Numbered from the stretch's first letter, positions 41,764 to 51,544 are shown. The stretch is 64,000 nt of DNA from Candidatus Poribacteria bacterium (GCA_965198175.1 OZ240245.1:4576001-4640000), one strand, 5' to 3'. Program-made: numbers and translations. The notes: a model not told the origin generated them from the sequence alone.

Positions 41764-42453
41764 TCATTTGTCTTGTCCATATGCATCGCCACTCGACGTT
41801 AACAGTCGATAATCGTGTCCATCGCGGACTTCAATATTACCAAGACCAGAATGATTTATGTGGACGCTAGGATGGGTTCTCCCTAAGACCTCCCTGTATT
41901 TGCGGTCGACAACTTTGCCGTTGACACTGATTGTCCCTCCGTGAGTTGGTGAGGTAGAAAGACTAACCCCTGTTTCTCCATCTGGATCGGATAAACTCAA
42001 GTCCCCACCGTAAATGCTGGTACTACCGCCTATGCCATTAATCGAAATTGACGGGTGACCAGGCACAGGTGATTGACTACGAATCGACACTTTAATCTCT
42101 GATGTTCTGTCTTCCAATGATTCATCACCCCACAGCTCAATATACGGGCCCGCTCCATTGACACCGAGGCGCACTGCAATGTCCCCGATTTTTTTTGCGA
42201 AGGAAAAGGGGTCGTTTACGTCCCTTTCCAATTTCTCAAAAATCCAGAGAGATCCTCCCCCCCAACCGCCTCTCTCAAGTTTCACCAATTGGATTCCATC
42301 AACATCAACGACCGTCAGCGCGGTACACTCAATCTCTCCGAACTTATCTCGTTGCGCGACAAGGTTCGGCATGAAAATACTGGACGCCATCATGCCAATA
42401 AACATCAATAGACCACCAAGAGCAATGTATCCTAGTTTGTGACTGAAATTCAT
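41764..42453 (-). CDS. Exported Gly-rich beta-repeat protein, paralog 3
   Basis: KLGYIALGG...AQRDKFGEIECTALTVVD; RBS AAGGAGG. Confidence 0.75.
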   Translation of the reverse strand: MNFSHKLGYIALGGLLMFIGMMASSIFMPNLVAQRDKFGEIECTALTVVDVDGIQLVKLERGGWGGGSLWIFEKLERDVNDPFSFAKKIGDIAVRLGVNGAGPYIELWGDESLEDRTSEIKVSIRSQSPVPGHPSISINGIGGSTSIYGGDLSLSDPDGETGVSLSTSPTHGGTISVNGKVVDRKYREVLGRTHPSVHINHSGLGNIEVRDGHDYRLLTSSGDAYGQDK

Positions 42454-42600
42454 GATTTAATCCTCCTTTTGAGAGTGTAAATGTTAGCACTGCGGCTGTC
42501 ATCCCGGGCTTTTTTTTACGGACGCCCCTTAATTCTCCACCAGATCGCGAAGCTACTTAGGCGTCTGCAGGCGCTACTATCTCGTAAAGATTGAATTGTC

Positions 42601-42877
42601 GTAGAGACCAACCCTTTGGGGAACATCACCGCCGTAGTATTTAACCATCATTAGTGATGATCCGACATCGGCAGAATTCTCCATAATTCGGTTCGCAAAC
42701 CCATAAAATGTGGGAAGTTGTGAAAAAGGACTCGAGATCTTGAAAAGGCAGTCAGTGTATAACTGGATGCCACTTTTCGATAGGTCTTTTTTCGTCTAGA
42801 AATGTGGGAACTTATAACCCGATGGCCCTACACCACCAATGTACGATGGATGCATATTTGAAGACGGTTTTCATCCT
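42601..42877 (-). repeat. Conserved ~290-bp non-coding element, copy 2
   Basis: Shares GAGACCAACCCTTTGG, GACATCGG, CAGTCAGTGT, ATRTGGGAAC with copy 1. Confidence 0.8.
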
Positions 42878-43122
42878 CGTGCTTATTCCATATCTTTCTA
42901 CTAATGGGTGGCTGTCAAAGGTTTTGATTTAAGGTGTTTCGGTTGACAAATAGTGGTGTTATTGAGCAGCATTGTGAAAGCTTGGGAATTCATCGGAAAA
43001 TCAAATGTTAGCTGGACGGCTGAGCAGCGTCGAAGGTGCCGGCTCCATTGAGAGCGGATAAAGCGTTGGCAACACGAGATACGTGAACTCAAACAACATG
43101 CAAAACATCAAGGGTATTTCCA

Positions 43123-43833
43123 GTGAAACGACCGTCTGAAAAGTGGACGGGCAACCTAGAAGAGATGATAGCGCACCCGAACCCTCTAACGTTCAAACGA
43201 TTCAAACTCCCGGCAGCAATTTGTAAAGCCGCGGGTACTGAACTTGACCTTAAAATTTTTTTGGTCCATGACATCGGCGTCACGGTGTGTCACGCGATTT
43301 AACTGCGTTTGGATTACGACGGACGCGCCGAACCATACATCACCGAAATCGCTAAGCGCCGCCAAAAACCGCGAGAAATCCAAACATCCATCTTCGACGA
43401 AATAACGATTGACGGACTCATGGCAGCCATAGCGGCACAGCACGTCCGAGGCAGAACAAATGTCCAGATAGCAAAGATGATCGAAACGTCAACAAAAACG
43501 CCGACAAATTTAAAAAGGAACCGCCGCGAATTGTGGAACGCGTGTCTAGTGGCATGTATTGACGGCTGTTTGGACGCGGCGGCAGCAGCACTTAACAGCA
43601 CCGAACTCATAACCGAAAAGCCACCAGTAGGGCGGATTTTTGTACCAGACAGATACATGCGAACCTTGTTCATAGCCAAAATGCAATTCGATCCTGTAGG
43701 GACATTTGAAACCAACATCAGACAAGCACAAATCGCGGGCCAGATACTAGGACTGCATTGGGTTCATCTCATATTGAGCGAACCCAACTGCCTGAAAATA
43801 TGGCATCGCCGAACCTTAGCACCCTACCCATAG
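43123..43833 (+). pseudogene. Hypothetical gene (possible HTH) with an in-frame TAA at 43300-43302
   Basis: The 59-codon frame from GTG 43123 continues in frame into ORF 43309..43833. Confidence 0.4.
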
Positions 43834-44174
43834 ACACTTAGACCGGTATCCGGCAAATAGATGGACGCATGCTTGAAATAGGTCTGAATCCTCTCGTGTA
43901 TTCAATAGCGGGGTATTAAAAACCAAGAATTCAAGTACGTTTTCATTCAGTTATGTGGCGATGTTTCCGATCATGTGACTAACAGTATCCATCATATCCG
44001 CCAAAGCGAGCACTTTATATAGAGATGATGGATCATATTGTGGCATCCGCAGTGCTTCATCACTAGTTTTAGTGGTAGGCGTGTCATTTACCTGCGTAAC
44101 GGTTATCCGCGGGCTTGGGTGTTTGGTTCGTTGGAAGCCCGCCCGTATGTTTGCCAGTCATTCGCCTTGCCATA

Positions 44175-45140
44175 TTATTCGCCCCCCATCGTATCAATGT
44201 AATCCATTACGCTGCTGATATCCTCATCAGTTACTTCGAATTTAGGATCCAACCCCTCCATAAACTTTCGCATTTCAGACTTTATATATTCAACCTCGGG
44301 GTTCTCTTTTTTAATCACTGCAATGTTTCGATCTATATACTCTTTCCAATCGGGATCCTCTAATACATTTACATGCTCATTTTCGGCATCGCCGCCTTTC
44401 CTCACTTTAAGCTGCTGTATTATTTGGTCGACCATATCATCTATTTCATCTTGAGTTGTGACACCTCTTTCAATGTCTGCAGCATGTGCTGTGTTTGCCC
44501 GCCTGGTTAATTCTGCGCGTATTTGTTCTATATCGGCATTCTCACCTAGCTCCTCCGCAATCGGGGCTACAATTTGACGCGCTATCACCTCGCTACATAT
44601 TAGATTTGCCTCTGCCGGAGTAAGCCCAACAACCAGCTCGCTTAAACGGCGTGCCTTATCATAAGAACCCTTATGGACAGCTAGGTAATCACGTATCAAT
44701 TCGCGCTCTTTTGAAGCAGTGGTATGAGAACGCAAAAATGAGAATAAAAAACAAACTCCTGCGAATAATAGAATATACCACACGAACTTGAAATCTATTG
44801 GTTGGCGTTGGCTTGTGTTTTGCCGTGCAGCTTGTGCGTAGCGTGCATGCTGCTCCACTCGTTGCCGTCGGGCGTATTCTTCGCGGGCATGTTGTGCGGC
44901 TTGTTCCTTTCGAACTTCGCGTTCTCGTTTTTCCTCTCTGGCGACTGCCTCAGTCGCAATGATGGTCTGGTATGCGGTTTGCACTTTCTGAAAGCGTTCA
45001 GCCGCGTCGTGAGAACGATCCTTGTCGGGGTGGGTGAGTTTTACTAGGTTGCGCCATGCCTCTCTTGCTTCCTCAACCGATGCACCAGGCTTTAACCCTA
45101 AGATGTACAATGCTTCACTGCGCGTCATTTTACCCCCCAT
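44175..45140 (-). CDS. J-domain (DnaJ-like) membrane protein
   Basis: ALYILGL...THPDK J-domain, coiled coil, one TM segment. Confidence 0.8.
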   Translation of the reverse strand: MGGKMTRSEALYILGLKPGASVEEAREAWRNLVKLTHPDKDRSHDAAERFQKVQTAYQTIIATEAVAREEKREREVRKEQAAQHAREEYARRQRVEQHARYAQAARQNTSQRQPIDFKFVWYILLFAGVCFLFSFLRSHTTASKERELIRDYLAVHKGSYDKARRLSELVVGLTPAEANLICSEVIARQIVAPIAEELGENADIEQIRAELTRRANTAHAADIERGVTTQDEIDDMVDQIIQQLKVRKGGDAENEHVNVLEDPDWKEYIDRNIAVIKKENPEVEYIKSEMRKFMEGLDPKFEVTDEDISSVMDYIDTMGGE

Positions 45141-45248
45141 AGTGTTTTGACATCAACCGAAGTACATCCACGCCACAGGAGCCAACCAGCTGATAATCAC
45201 GGTGACAATACCAGCTAGCATTTAATGCTATTTTCCTTTCAGTGCAAT

Positions 45249-45722
45249 TCACTTTGTCTCAATGACATCGACGCTAAAATCACTTTTTGATACAAACCCA
45301 AATTTTGCGATGAGCGCTCGCGCCAATTTTTCAGTACGCTCTCTGCCATAGTGCGATCTAACATGAAGATTTAAGCCGCGTATTGGCTTAAAATCCTTGT
45401 CGAAATCCTCATAGTCTTTGGGACGTTTTTCAAGAAATGTTGGATACCCTTATCTGAATTCAAGTTCCAACAACGCAGCAGGAAACTTTGATTTGACCTG
45501 TTGTGTGAGAGAAAGTTTCTCGCACAACAGAGGCAGTAATTGATTCCAATGATCTATCGTATACCTTTGTCCATTAAACACAAAGGATTTTTGTGGGGGT
45601 TGGGATTTAGGAGACGGCGTTAAATCATCGAGCAACGATTCAATAGTCGTTAAACGTTCCCTAATATCACTGATGGAACGTTGAATACTTACGATTGATG
45701 TATTAATTTTTGCTTGATTCAC
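45249..45722 (-). pseudogene. Restriction-associated (SeqA-C-like) domain gene with an in-frame TAA at 45450-45452
   Basis: The frame continues after the stop as GYPTFLEKRPKD...LARALIAKFGF...DFSVDVIETK; the domain label is an inference. Confidence 0.6.
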
Positions 45723-45789
45723 ATAAATCTCCTTTCACCTCCTGACAATTCGAGTTGTTGACCTTTCATCAGCATCTTTTCGACTAGTC

Positions 45790-46017
45790 AGAATCGGCAG
45801 TATACGTCGTTGATTAGTCTAGAAATGTCAGAAAATATGGCAACCCCTAAAAGGGGACTCCGAATCTGGAGAAAGCATTCAGTGTCTAGATGGAAGCATC
45901 TTGCAACAGGGCATCCATTCTCTTGAAAATATGGGAACTTAAAACCAGAGTACACCTCACATAAACACGTCCACCAAGGTAAAGATGGAGACACACGTGA
46001 AGAAAGCGATCCATCCT
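45790..46017 (-). repeat. Conserved non-coding element, copy 3 (left part diverged or truncated)
   Basis: About 80% identical and gap-free versus copy 1 over ~160 nt (hand count). Confidence 0.85.
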
Positions 46018-46334
46018 CCCTGATACTTCTTCTAAGCCTTCTGACAACTCGCAGTGTAAACGAACGATTAACATGATGACAGGAACTATGTTTCAAGGCA
46101 CAAAGGTTGAATTACAGAAATGGTTTCTGGCGATAGCTTGATTGTGAACGCTAAAACACGCCTGTCAAGCTATCAATTAGCGCGGAATCTTGACGTACCA
46201 CAGCCCACCGCACTCTATGTGCAACAGCAGATTCAAACGAGGATGGGACGTAAGCCATCTGCATGCTGAAAACCTGCATCATCGGACCTAATCGGGCGAG
46301 GCATTCTAGGTTTTTGGGCGCAGGTCACTACGTT

Positions 46335-46493
46335 GTTTTGTTTATAATTGTGGAGGTGTCGAGAGTCCTGGGTTTGCCGGTTGGCATTGTTGATTCGTTC
46401 AAGGCAATTAAAAAGCGTTGGGTTTCGGAGAAAACTATCGCCTTCGCTATTCGCTCAGTTGATCTCAACCCAACCTACAAAAGCTGGTCAAAA
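46335..46493 (-). mobile_element. Partial REP/MITE-like element carrying a mini-insert
   Basis: AAGCGTTGGGTTTCG...CTCAACCCAACCTACAAAAGCTGG. Confidence 0.7.
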
Positions 46494-46717
46494 TTAGCGT
46501 TGGCACTTCAAGTTTCTGCTACATGGACACTCCATCATGACAGATTAAACTTTTATCCAGATAGTGATGATGCGGAGGGATTTAGACTCAGGCGTGCGTA
46601 GTTTTGTCTTGGCTTATCGCTTAGACAAACCCTATAGTGATAGGTAATTGTTTATGGTGTAGTTTGGTTTCAAGCCCAAATCCTTAATTACGTCTCTTTT
46701 TGATCGGCACTCAAATG

Positions 46718-47083
46718 TTAAAAAACCAAAAGTTGAGCACCTGTCTTTTCCGCCTCAAATTGAGCCTCCTCTAAACTGTTCACTTTATATGCAGTGATAG
46801 CTTCCCAGTCTTTTGCGTTCTGTGGTACGATAGGAATGAATGCATTGGTTTCACTATCGAACAGAGCAGCTTTACTGCGCTCTAACTCAATAAGCCTCTC
46901 ACGGAAATCGTCTCTCCGAATCGTAAGATTACGCTCCACCAACCGAAGTGTACAGTGGTCTTTTTGGAAAATTCTCCCATACCGCTTCTTCAACTCATTC
47001 TATTCAGGAGTAGCTGTTTCAGAAGCTATCTTTGCGTTCATTTGATTTGCAATTTTTGCGAGTGTGTCTTTGTAGTTTTCCAT
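46718..47083 (-). pseudogene. Hypothetical gene with an in-frame TAG at 47000-47002
   Basis: MENYKDTLAKIANQMNAKIASETATPE*NELKKRYGRIFQ... is a single frame. Confidence 0.55.
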
Positions 47084-47195
47084 AGCAGTTTAACAGCAAA
47101 AGCGGCACGACTTTCAATGGATAACGCGTCATGCCCATGGTTTATTCTTCCACGACCTCCCTAGTCTTACAACAGATTGTGAAATAATGGCAAAC

Positions 47196-47413
47196 AGCTT
47201 TTTTAGGTTGGGTAGAGCCGAACGCGACACCCAACGATCAACTGAGCGAATAGTGAAGGCGGTAGTCTTCACCGACACCAAAACTATCGCGCTCCCTGTT
47301 CGGTCGCTTGATCGTGGGTTTCGCTGCACGGCAACACATTTCATACAAAATCACCTTCCGGAATCCATACTTCATACCTCGCCGGTTTCACAACTCCGCT
47401 CAACCCAACCTAC
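47196..47413. mobile_element. GTAG-type REP doublet (REPIN/MITE-like), second copy
   Basis: TAGGTTGGGTAGAGCCG ... GCTCAACCCAACCTAC; right half homologous to 41644-41745. Confidence 0.75.
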
Positions 47414-47573
47414 TAGAGCTAATCAATCGTTGTATTCCGGAATTACAGCGCTAATTTTCTAGGTTCAACTAGGGGAGATCTGAATAACGCCCTGCTAACT
47501 TTTTGCGGCAGCAGTAAAGAGTAGTGTGTTGCCCCCATCATGCAATCCTTGAGTCTCCGTTAAGGTGCTAAAG

Positions 47574-48605
47574 CTAGATTGGTAACTTGTCAATATGAGG
47601 CTTCAGTGCGTTATCCAGTCGAATCATCGTATCGATCATCGCATCCTGTATCTCGTGCCACTTCTCCTCATCGCGGTAGCCACCCAGAGAAAGTTGTTTG
47701 TCGATTCGACAAGCACGTTTGCCTTCGAGTCGATACCATTCAAGCGGTTCACCAAAGGCTTCTTCAATCTCTCCTTTAGCCTCAACGAGCGCATCGAAAA
47801 TCTCACTGTTCTCTCTATCCTTCCTATCTGCGCCTCGATCGATGTACAGTTTTACATCAGATGTGTGTTGCTGGATGCCGTAACGGAGGTATAATCCATT
47901 TTTTACTGGTGTCCATAGGTATGACCGATCACTTGGCGCAATGTTGGCATGTAACGGCGTTCTTTCTCTAGCACGATTCAACAACTGCGTCCAAAACCGA
48001 TTGCGGAGAAGCTGGCGCTCTTTGAGTTCTTTCTTTGTGTCGCCAGCCTGTTGACTCTCCTCACTTGAGCCAACAATAAGTGTCAGCATTGGCGCTGGCA
48101 ATGAGTCACCAATCCGAATCGCCTCAAGTTTTATCAGATAGAAGGACACTGAATACGATTCATTCAGCCAAGAGATTGCGGTGATGTGTTCAGGTCTAGG
48201 ATCAGATACAATCCAGATAGCGGCTTTTGCACCGAGTACCGTCAAATAAGTAATCACCTTGCCGAGGTGGTCATGGTCGCTACGCTCAAGTTGATTTTCA
48301 ATAATGACAAGATTGCCAGATTCATCCTCTGCAATGAGGTCTGCGCTGAACTCGCCCGCTGGATGTTCACGTTCTACAATTGAGAGTGACAAGTCTATCG
48401 TATCGTTCAACACATCAAGGTTTTCCGCAAGCCACGGTGTGAAATCGTGTGGTTCACGGGGCCACACTTCGCGCAAAGACACCTTTTTCAAACGTCCAAT
48501 CTTCTCAGTCACTTCGTCACCTCTTTCCGTCCAGCTCACGGACTTTGTAGCAGCATCATCGACTTTATGCGTTTCATTGGAAAAAATATACATTACTGGG
48601 CACAA
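47574..48605 (-). CDS. DUF4268 protein with an N-terminal PD-(D/E)xK-like (NucS-type) region
   Basis: LREVWPREPHDFTPWL, ADLIAED...IIENQLERSDHDHLG, FWTQL, FGEPLEW. Confidence 0.8.
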   Translation of the reverse strand: MCPVMYIFSNETHKVDDAATKSVSWTERGDEVTEKIGRLKKVSLREVWPREPHDFTPWLAENLDVLNDTIDLSLSIVEREHPAGEFSADLIAEDESGNLVIIENQLERSDHDHLGKVITYLTVLGAKAAIWIVSDPRPEHITAISWLNESYSVSFYLIKLEAIRIGDSLPAPMLTLIVGSSEESQQAGDTKKELKERQLLRNRFWTQLLNRARERTPLHANIAPSDRSYLWTPVKNGLYLRYGIQQHTSDVKLYIDRGADRKDRENSEIFDALVEAKGEIEEAFGEPLEWYRLEGKRACRIDKQLSLGGYRDEEKWHEIQDAMIDTMIRLDNALKPHIDKLPI

Positions 48606-48659
48606 CTGTAGTATTCATCCTAATGTCAGACACGATACGTCTAGAAGTCCGTAAACGTA

Positions 48660-48700
48660 AAGAAATAAAGCCCTAACTTCCATGGGCAGCTAGGGCTTTT
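48660..48700. terminator. Intrinsic terminator
   Basis: AAAGCCCTA (48667-48675) / TAGGGCTTT (48691-48699) with T/A tails on both sides. Confidence 0.7.
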
Positions 48701-48808
48701 GTATAAAACCTGAATATTAAATTTATATGGAGTATATGAGTTCGGCGGTTGGCGGGGTCTCACCTTATCCTGCTAACCACACCGCAACTGAATAAGGAGA
48801 ACTGAATT
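48660..48808 (-). ncRNA. Candidate small RNA (~150 nt)
   Basis: Bounded by a consensus promoter and a terminator; structured; no minus-strand ORF evident. Confidence 0.55.
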
Positions 48809-48814
48809 GGCGAA

Positions 48815-48843
48815 ATTATACACTAAAAACAGTCAAATGTCAA
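48815..48843 (-). promoter_or_regulatory. Perfect-consensus sigma70 promoter
   Basis: TTGACA-N17-TATAAT on the minus strand. Confidence 0.8.
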
Positions 48844-48975
48844 GCGAAATCGTGTTAGTACGGGTAGTATAGCGGCTGTCGCATGGCGGGGTTTTCGGGA
48901 TAAGTCCTGTTCCTTAAACGTCAGCGACAATCAATAGCGAACCTACTGCTCGCTCATTTGCACTTTTAAGCCGTA

Positions 48976-49962
48976 CTAGGGTTGGGCTTGGTTTTCAACA
49001 AGGAAAACGGGTGTCGGTGGGAGCCCTTCCCAATCTCGCGAGCCGTCGGGTAATTTTCGTATGGTGAATCGGTCGAACACCTCGCCATCAAGGTTCTTCG
49101 CTTCCGCCTCCAGCCTATCTCCAGCCAACCGAATCGTGAGGTAGTGCATCTGATGTACGCTGATTACGGCGTCGAACCATCGGGGAACGGCATCCATCGG
49201 ATCTATCGGACGGTAGTTGATGTTACCGCCGCCGACGGTTATGAGAACAACACCGCGACGATCGTCACGCACCTTCCCGCTTGGATTGACGGGATAAGTG
49301 CGCTCATAGAGATGTTGGTGACCTCGAAAGATGAGATCCACCCCCTCGCGCCATGCGAGAGGCTCCACAGATTCCGATACATCCGGAGTCCCAGAGCCGT
49401 CCTCCGGGGCGCTGAGTCGGCAGAACGCTGCGCCCGGCTCATGGTGGAAGATGAACCGCCAGTGCGCATTACGTGAGGATTCTAAATCGCCTTCGAGCCA
49501 TTGGTATTGTGTCATACGTCCATCGGGCAGATCGAACTCATCGTGGAGCATCTTGCTCGTGACACACAAACCCGTGAAGTGAGCGTGGCTCGCATCGAAG
49601 GAATAGAAGAACTGATTATCCGGAAGGTTCAGTCGTTCGATCCACTGTTGCTGAGCGGCTGCGATGTCCCCATCGAAATCGTGGTTGCCCGGTACAGGAA
49701 AATACACGATACCGGCGTCAAGCAATGAGCGGATGCCCGAAAAAAATTGCTCCCAAGGGGCGGGATCGTTGCCCTTCGCATTTACCAGATCGCCCGGAAC
49801 AAGCACGAATTCAGGGCGCTCTTCAATGAGACGATTCGCCAACTGGCTAAACGGTTCATGCGCACCGTGCCAATCCGCAACGACACAGAAGCGGAGTTCA
49901 TCCGCACTCCCGCGGTTTTCTCTCTCTGTCGCAATGTCTGTTTTCGGTTGAGTTTGTCCCAT
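48976..49962 (-). CDS. Metallophosphoesterase (purple-acid-phosphatase-like)
   Basis: DWH, GDLV, GNHD, GHQHLYERT. Confidence 0.88.
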   Translation of the reverse strand: MGQTQPKTDIATERENRGSADELRFCVVADWHGAHEPFSQLANRLIEERPEFVLVPGDLVNAKGNDPAPWEQFFSGIRSLLDAGIVYFPVPGNHDFDGDIAAAQQQWIERLNLPDNQFFYSFDASHAHFTGLCVTSKMLHDEFDLPDGRMTQYQWLEGDLESSRNAHWRFIFHHEPGAAFCRLSAPEDGSGTPDVSESVEPLAWREGVDLIFRGHQHLYERTYPVNPSGKVRDDRRGVVLITVGGGNINYRPIDPMDAVPRWFDAVISVHQMHYLTIRLAGDRLEAEAKNLDGEVFDRFTIRKLPDGSRDWEGLPPTPVFLVENQAQP

Positions 49963-50003
49963 AATCCTTGTACAACTTTGGAGGTTAGCGTCGTTTGAGA
50001 GAT

Positions 50004-50360
50004 TTATCCGTCAGTCGGTTGTTTCCTTTCACGGATTCGCGTCGATTTTCCAGTCCGATTTCGCAAGTAGTACAGTTTTGCTCGCCGTACCGCCCCGTAT
50101 CGAATAACCTGAATACTCTCAATGTTTGGTGAATGAAGCGGGAAAGTTCTTTCGATTCCTTCTCCATACGCAACCCGGCGAACTGTAAAGGTTGAGCTCA
50201 ATCGACCTTGAGTACGTCGAATCACGGTCCCTTCATACGCTTGGGTGCGTTCCTTTTTCCCCTCGCGAATGAGGGTGTTCACTCTCACCGTATCTCCTGG
50301 ACCAAAATTCGGAATATCATCCTTAACATATTTGCTTTCAACAGATTCTATCAGATTCAT
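50004..50360 (-). CDS. rplS: 50S ribosomal protein L19
   Basis: [28 protein letters not shown]. Confidence 0.98.
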   Translation of the reverse strand: MNLIESVESKYVKDDIPNFGPGDTVRVNTLIREGKKERTQAYEGTVIRRTQGRLSSTFTVRRVAYGEGIERTFPLHSPNIESIQVIRYGAVRRAKLYYLRNRTGKSTRIRERKQPTDG

Positions 50361-50411
50361 CGTTTTAATTCTCCCTTTATAATTTTAACTGATTCCACTC
50401 ACGCTTTTGGT

Positions 50412-51140
50412 TTATCGCTCAGGTTTTAGCGAATTCAAGTAAGCGATATCCTCGTCCGTTAGCTGATATTTCTTGAGTAAGTCTGGACGTTGTTCAGCAG
50501 TTCGTTTGAGCGACTGTTCATACCGCCAGAGCGAAATTTTTTCATGATGCCCGCTCAAGAGGGCTTCAGGAACTTTCATCCCCTCAAACTCAACCGGTCG
50601 GGTGTAGTGGGGGTGATCGAGCAATTCTTGGCTAAATGAATCCCCCTGTGCAGACTCATAATCTCCCAACGCTCGCGGCAAAACCCGCCCGACCGCATCA
50701 ATCAGTACAAGCGCCGGAATTTCGCCCCCGCTCAGTACATAGTCACCAACGGAAATCTCGTTTGTGACCAACTTTATTCGCACCCTTTCATCAATTCCTT
50801 TGTAACGCCCACATATCAACACAAGATGCGATTCAAGCGAAAGGGCTTCGGCAAGTGACTGAGTAAAAGGGGTTCCCTGGGGCGTCAAATAGATGACTCG
50901 CGCTGTCGAATCGGGATTCAATGTTCTGATGGCAGCAAAGAGGGGCTCGGGCTTCATGATCATCCCCGCTCCACCGCCGTAGGGATAATCATCGACGGTT
51001 TGATGTCGATCCGCCGCAAAATCCCGGAGATTGTGAACTTTGATTGTTAATATCTCGGCATCTTGAGTCCGTTTTAGGATACCCACTTGCAGCACAGAAA
51101 GTATGATTTCTGGGAAAAGCGCAATGACATCAATTTTCAT
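50412..51140 (-). CDS. trmD: tRNA (guanine-N1)-methyltransferase
   Basis: DDYPYGGGAGM, SVGDYVLSGGE, YTRP. Confidence 0.98.
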   Translation of the reverse strand: MKIDVIALFPEIILSVLQVGILKRTQDAEILTIKVHNLRDFAADRHQTVDDYPYGGGAGMIMKPEPLFAAIRTLNPDSTARVIYLTPQGTPFTQSLAEALSLESHLVLICGRYKGIDERVRIKLVTNEISVGDYVLSGGEIPALVLIDAVGRVLPRALGDYESAQGDSFSQELLDHPHYTRPVEFEGMKVPEALLSGHHEKISLWRYEQSLKRTAEQRPDLLKKYQLTDEDIAYLNSLKPER

Positions 51141-51544
51141 TCAATAATCTGAACAACAGTACCATCTTTAACAATCACTTCCGCCTGAGACAGTTTGGTG
51201 CGAATGTCATCGCCAACTTCGATTTTGACAGGCGCATCATATTTCCCGCTGACGAAGAAACTGTCAATGGCAAGCTGCTGGACTTGTCCTAACTTCTGCT
51301 TGAGATTGTTTCTGACCTGTTCTTGCTTTTCTCGTTCCTGTCTTGCCTGCTCACGCAACTGACTGACTCGACGCGCATCATGCTTTTGCGCTTCTGAAAT
51401 CATGCGCCGGCTTTTAAACTCCTCCTGTTCAAGCCACCCTTCAATCTGATGAATTGCTTGCTCAAGCTCTGCTGTGAGTTGTTCCTTAAAAGTCCGCGTA
51501 ACAATATTCTTCACAACAACGGGTCGTTTTACAATAACAGCCAT
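51137..51544 (-). CDS. ylqD: YlqD-family protein
   Basis: KRPVVVKNIVT, coiled coil, EVGDD...EVIVKDG; operon position. Confidence 0.8.
   Translation of the reverse strand: MAVIVKRPVVVKNIVTRTFKEQLTAELEQAIHQIEGWLEQEEFKSRRMISEAQKHDARRVSQLREQARQEREKQEQVRNNLKQKLGQVQQLAIDSFFVSGKYDAPVKIEVGDDIRTKLSQAEVIVKDGTVVQIIE

Noticed and set aside
36104..46017. CRISPR array or integron attC interpretation of the repeats
   Set aside because: No regular repeat-spacer pattern, no cas or intI gene, and no attC R-box architecture recognised.
45788..46096. ORFs 45788..46096 and 45886..46074, and the WD40-like KIWEL reading of the conserved element
   Set aside because: Equivalent frames contain stops in other copies, substitutions show no codon bias, and the 94-bp period is not a multiple of 3.
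46263..47462. Plus-strand ORFs 46263..46601 and 47187..47462
   Set aside because: They run through REP/MITE sequence and are likely spurious.
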